A stretch of DNA of 52,653 bases from Truepera sp. (GTDB taxonomy: Bacteria; Deinococcota; Deinococci; Deinococcales; Trueperaceae), in NCBI GenBank assembly GCA_965218435.1, contig CBDCKW010000002.1:1-52653 (forward strand), in the 5' to 3' direction. The position numbers and the translations under genes are program-made. Below, in pieces: positions 51,145 to 52,653 of the stretch. How positions within the stretch are numbered: the first letter of the stretch is position 1; every line of letters begins with the position of its first letter. The notes under the pieces were generated by a model. It was not told the DNA's origin. It worked only from the letters and a program-made list of their open reading frames with translations, and ran no database searches.

Positions 51145-51651
51145 GCCCGGGACGCCCAACTCGGGCAGGTACGCTCGCGCCGTTCGCGCCATGATGTCGC
51201 CGAACTGCCCACTCACTAGGCCGCCTCCGAGCTTGACCCGCCGCACCGTCGCCCAATGTGCCCAGACGTCGTCACCCCATTCGGGCCGGGCGGTGCGATT
51301 GACCGCATCGCCTCGGTGCAGTGTCGCCACGAGGCTTGCGAGCGCCTGTCCAGAAGCCTCGGCGAGCCGGACCGCGGCCTCCCGCACCGCTGGGTTCTTC
51401 GCGTCGAAACAGCCGTTGAACCGCCGCAGTAGGGGCGCATCGGGCGTTCCAACGGCGTGAGTAAGACCTAGGTCCAAGGCATGTTGGCGAACCCGAGCGG
51501 CGATAGCGGCATTCGAGAGCAGTTCGTGAGCCGTTCTGCCGCGCACGAAGTCGGGCGGCGGGGCGTTAGGTAAGTCTACGATCCGGACGCGGTTGAGGGA
51601 GGCGTTCGGTTCGAGGCGCAGCGGGTCGAAGCCGTACATAAACCTCACCAT
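51133..51651 (-). pseudogene. ROK-like hypothetical gene, 3'-truncated; ORF reads on to 50923
   Basis: Helical segment followed by KLGGGLVSG resembling the ROK C-terminal lobe; tail is antisense of the convergent gene. Confidence 0.45.
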
Positions 51652-51938
51652 AACGTTTAGGATGGGTTCGCAGGTGCCGGTTCAGTTCCGCCTGATGTTA
51701 TGCGAACGGGCAATAACGTGCTTTGTACATCGCTTCAAGCACCTCTAGGTTAACGGCCGAGAAGCCCTTGACTTCAGGCTAGCCTGTGCGGTGATTGAGC
51801 GCGTTCAGGGCCGATACCTCATACTGCGCCTGGGCCGATCTACCGTATCAAAGACGAAAATCAGTGCCTGGAAATCGGCGGCAAAACGCTTACGGTTCTC
51901 TTATCCTGGAGCGGAAAGGAAGGAAGAGCCAACTACTT

Positions 51939-52653
51939 ATGCTGAGCGTTGCAGACAAACACACCTACTATCAGGCACTCCTCGCCAAGCAGCCTGAATA
52001 CGAGGGCATCTTTTACGTCGGTGTCAAAACGACGAGGGTGTTCTGCCGCCCAACCTGTCCTGCTAGAAAGCCCAAGTTTGAAAACTGCGAGTTTTACCGG
52101 ACAGCGCAAGAGGCCCTTTTAGCCGCGTTCCGCCCCTGTAAACGCTGCCGCCCGCTATCGCACCCCAATCACATGAGCAAAACGGTGCAAACACTCGTTA
52201 ATGCAGTTGAGGCTGAACCGGAGAAACGCTGGCGTGAAGAGGATTTTCGGGCGCTAGTGAGTGGTAGACGCTTCTACGGCACGTCGGCAGTTCAAAAAAC
52301 GGTTCGGCATGACCTTTGTCGCGTACGCGCGGGCTCGGCGTATGGGTCTAGCACTCGCGCAGATCAAAGCCGGGGAGAGTGTTATCGGAGCTCAACTCAG
52401 CACCGGTTACGAGTCGGGGAGCGGATTCAGAGAGGCGTTCTCACGTATTTTAGGTGAAGCTCCCAGCCAGCATAGCGGTGCTGTGCTCAAGGCAGCGTGG
52501 ATTGACACCCAGCTCGGCCCGATGTTTGCGGTTGCCGATGATAAGGCCCTCTATCTACTCGAGTTTGTTGACCGGCGTGGTTTAGAACGTGAACTTGAAC
52601 AGCTACACTCAAAAACAAAGTCAGTCATCGTCCCTGGACAAACATCCCCTATT
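51939..52653 (+). pseudogene. ada: Bifunctional Ada transcriptional activator/DNA methyltransferase, frameshifted; runs off window
   Basis: Zn site FCRPTC...FRPCKRC; after the frameshift near 52256-52263 the AraC HTH (ARRQFKKRFGMT, GYESGSGFREAF) and WIDTQLGPM continue. Confidence 0.88.

Overview
A 52.6-kb segment of a bacterial plasmid or secondary replicon. A Deinococcota (Truepera-like) host is inferred from the gene families and the CTCGAG enrichment, but is not proven. Left part (1-24650, intact genes): a sugar ABC transporter, a + strand operon resembling non-phosphorylative L-rhamnose catabolism (orphan 682-aa protein, Zn-dehydrogenase, Gfo/Idh/MocA, L-rhamnonate dehydratase, lactonase-like amidohydrolase, GH78), a convergent - strand sugar uptake/oxidation operon, and a divergent HisD/HpsN-like dehydrogenase plus SDR. 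Middle (24700-38570): IS elements and remnants (IS701, ISL2-like IS5, IS3 remnant with nested IS982, IS630, IS200) around a replication/partition module (Rep_3 initiator, 22-bp-phased iterons, parA-parB, two matching parS-like palindromes). Right part: mostly higher-GC accessory genes, several decayed (NmrA-like, esterase, serine hydrolase, NylC-like peptidase, phosphotransferase, EEP, NUDIX-DUF402, heterodimeric ABC exporter, ada). The most unusual signal is two different ultrashort inserts (40 nt and 27 nt) with no multi-base target duplication. Each sits in a conserved motif of an unrelated transposase, and precise removal restores that motif. All calls come from reading the sequence and from family knowledge; no searches were run.
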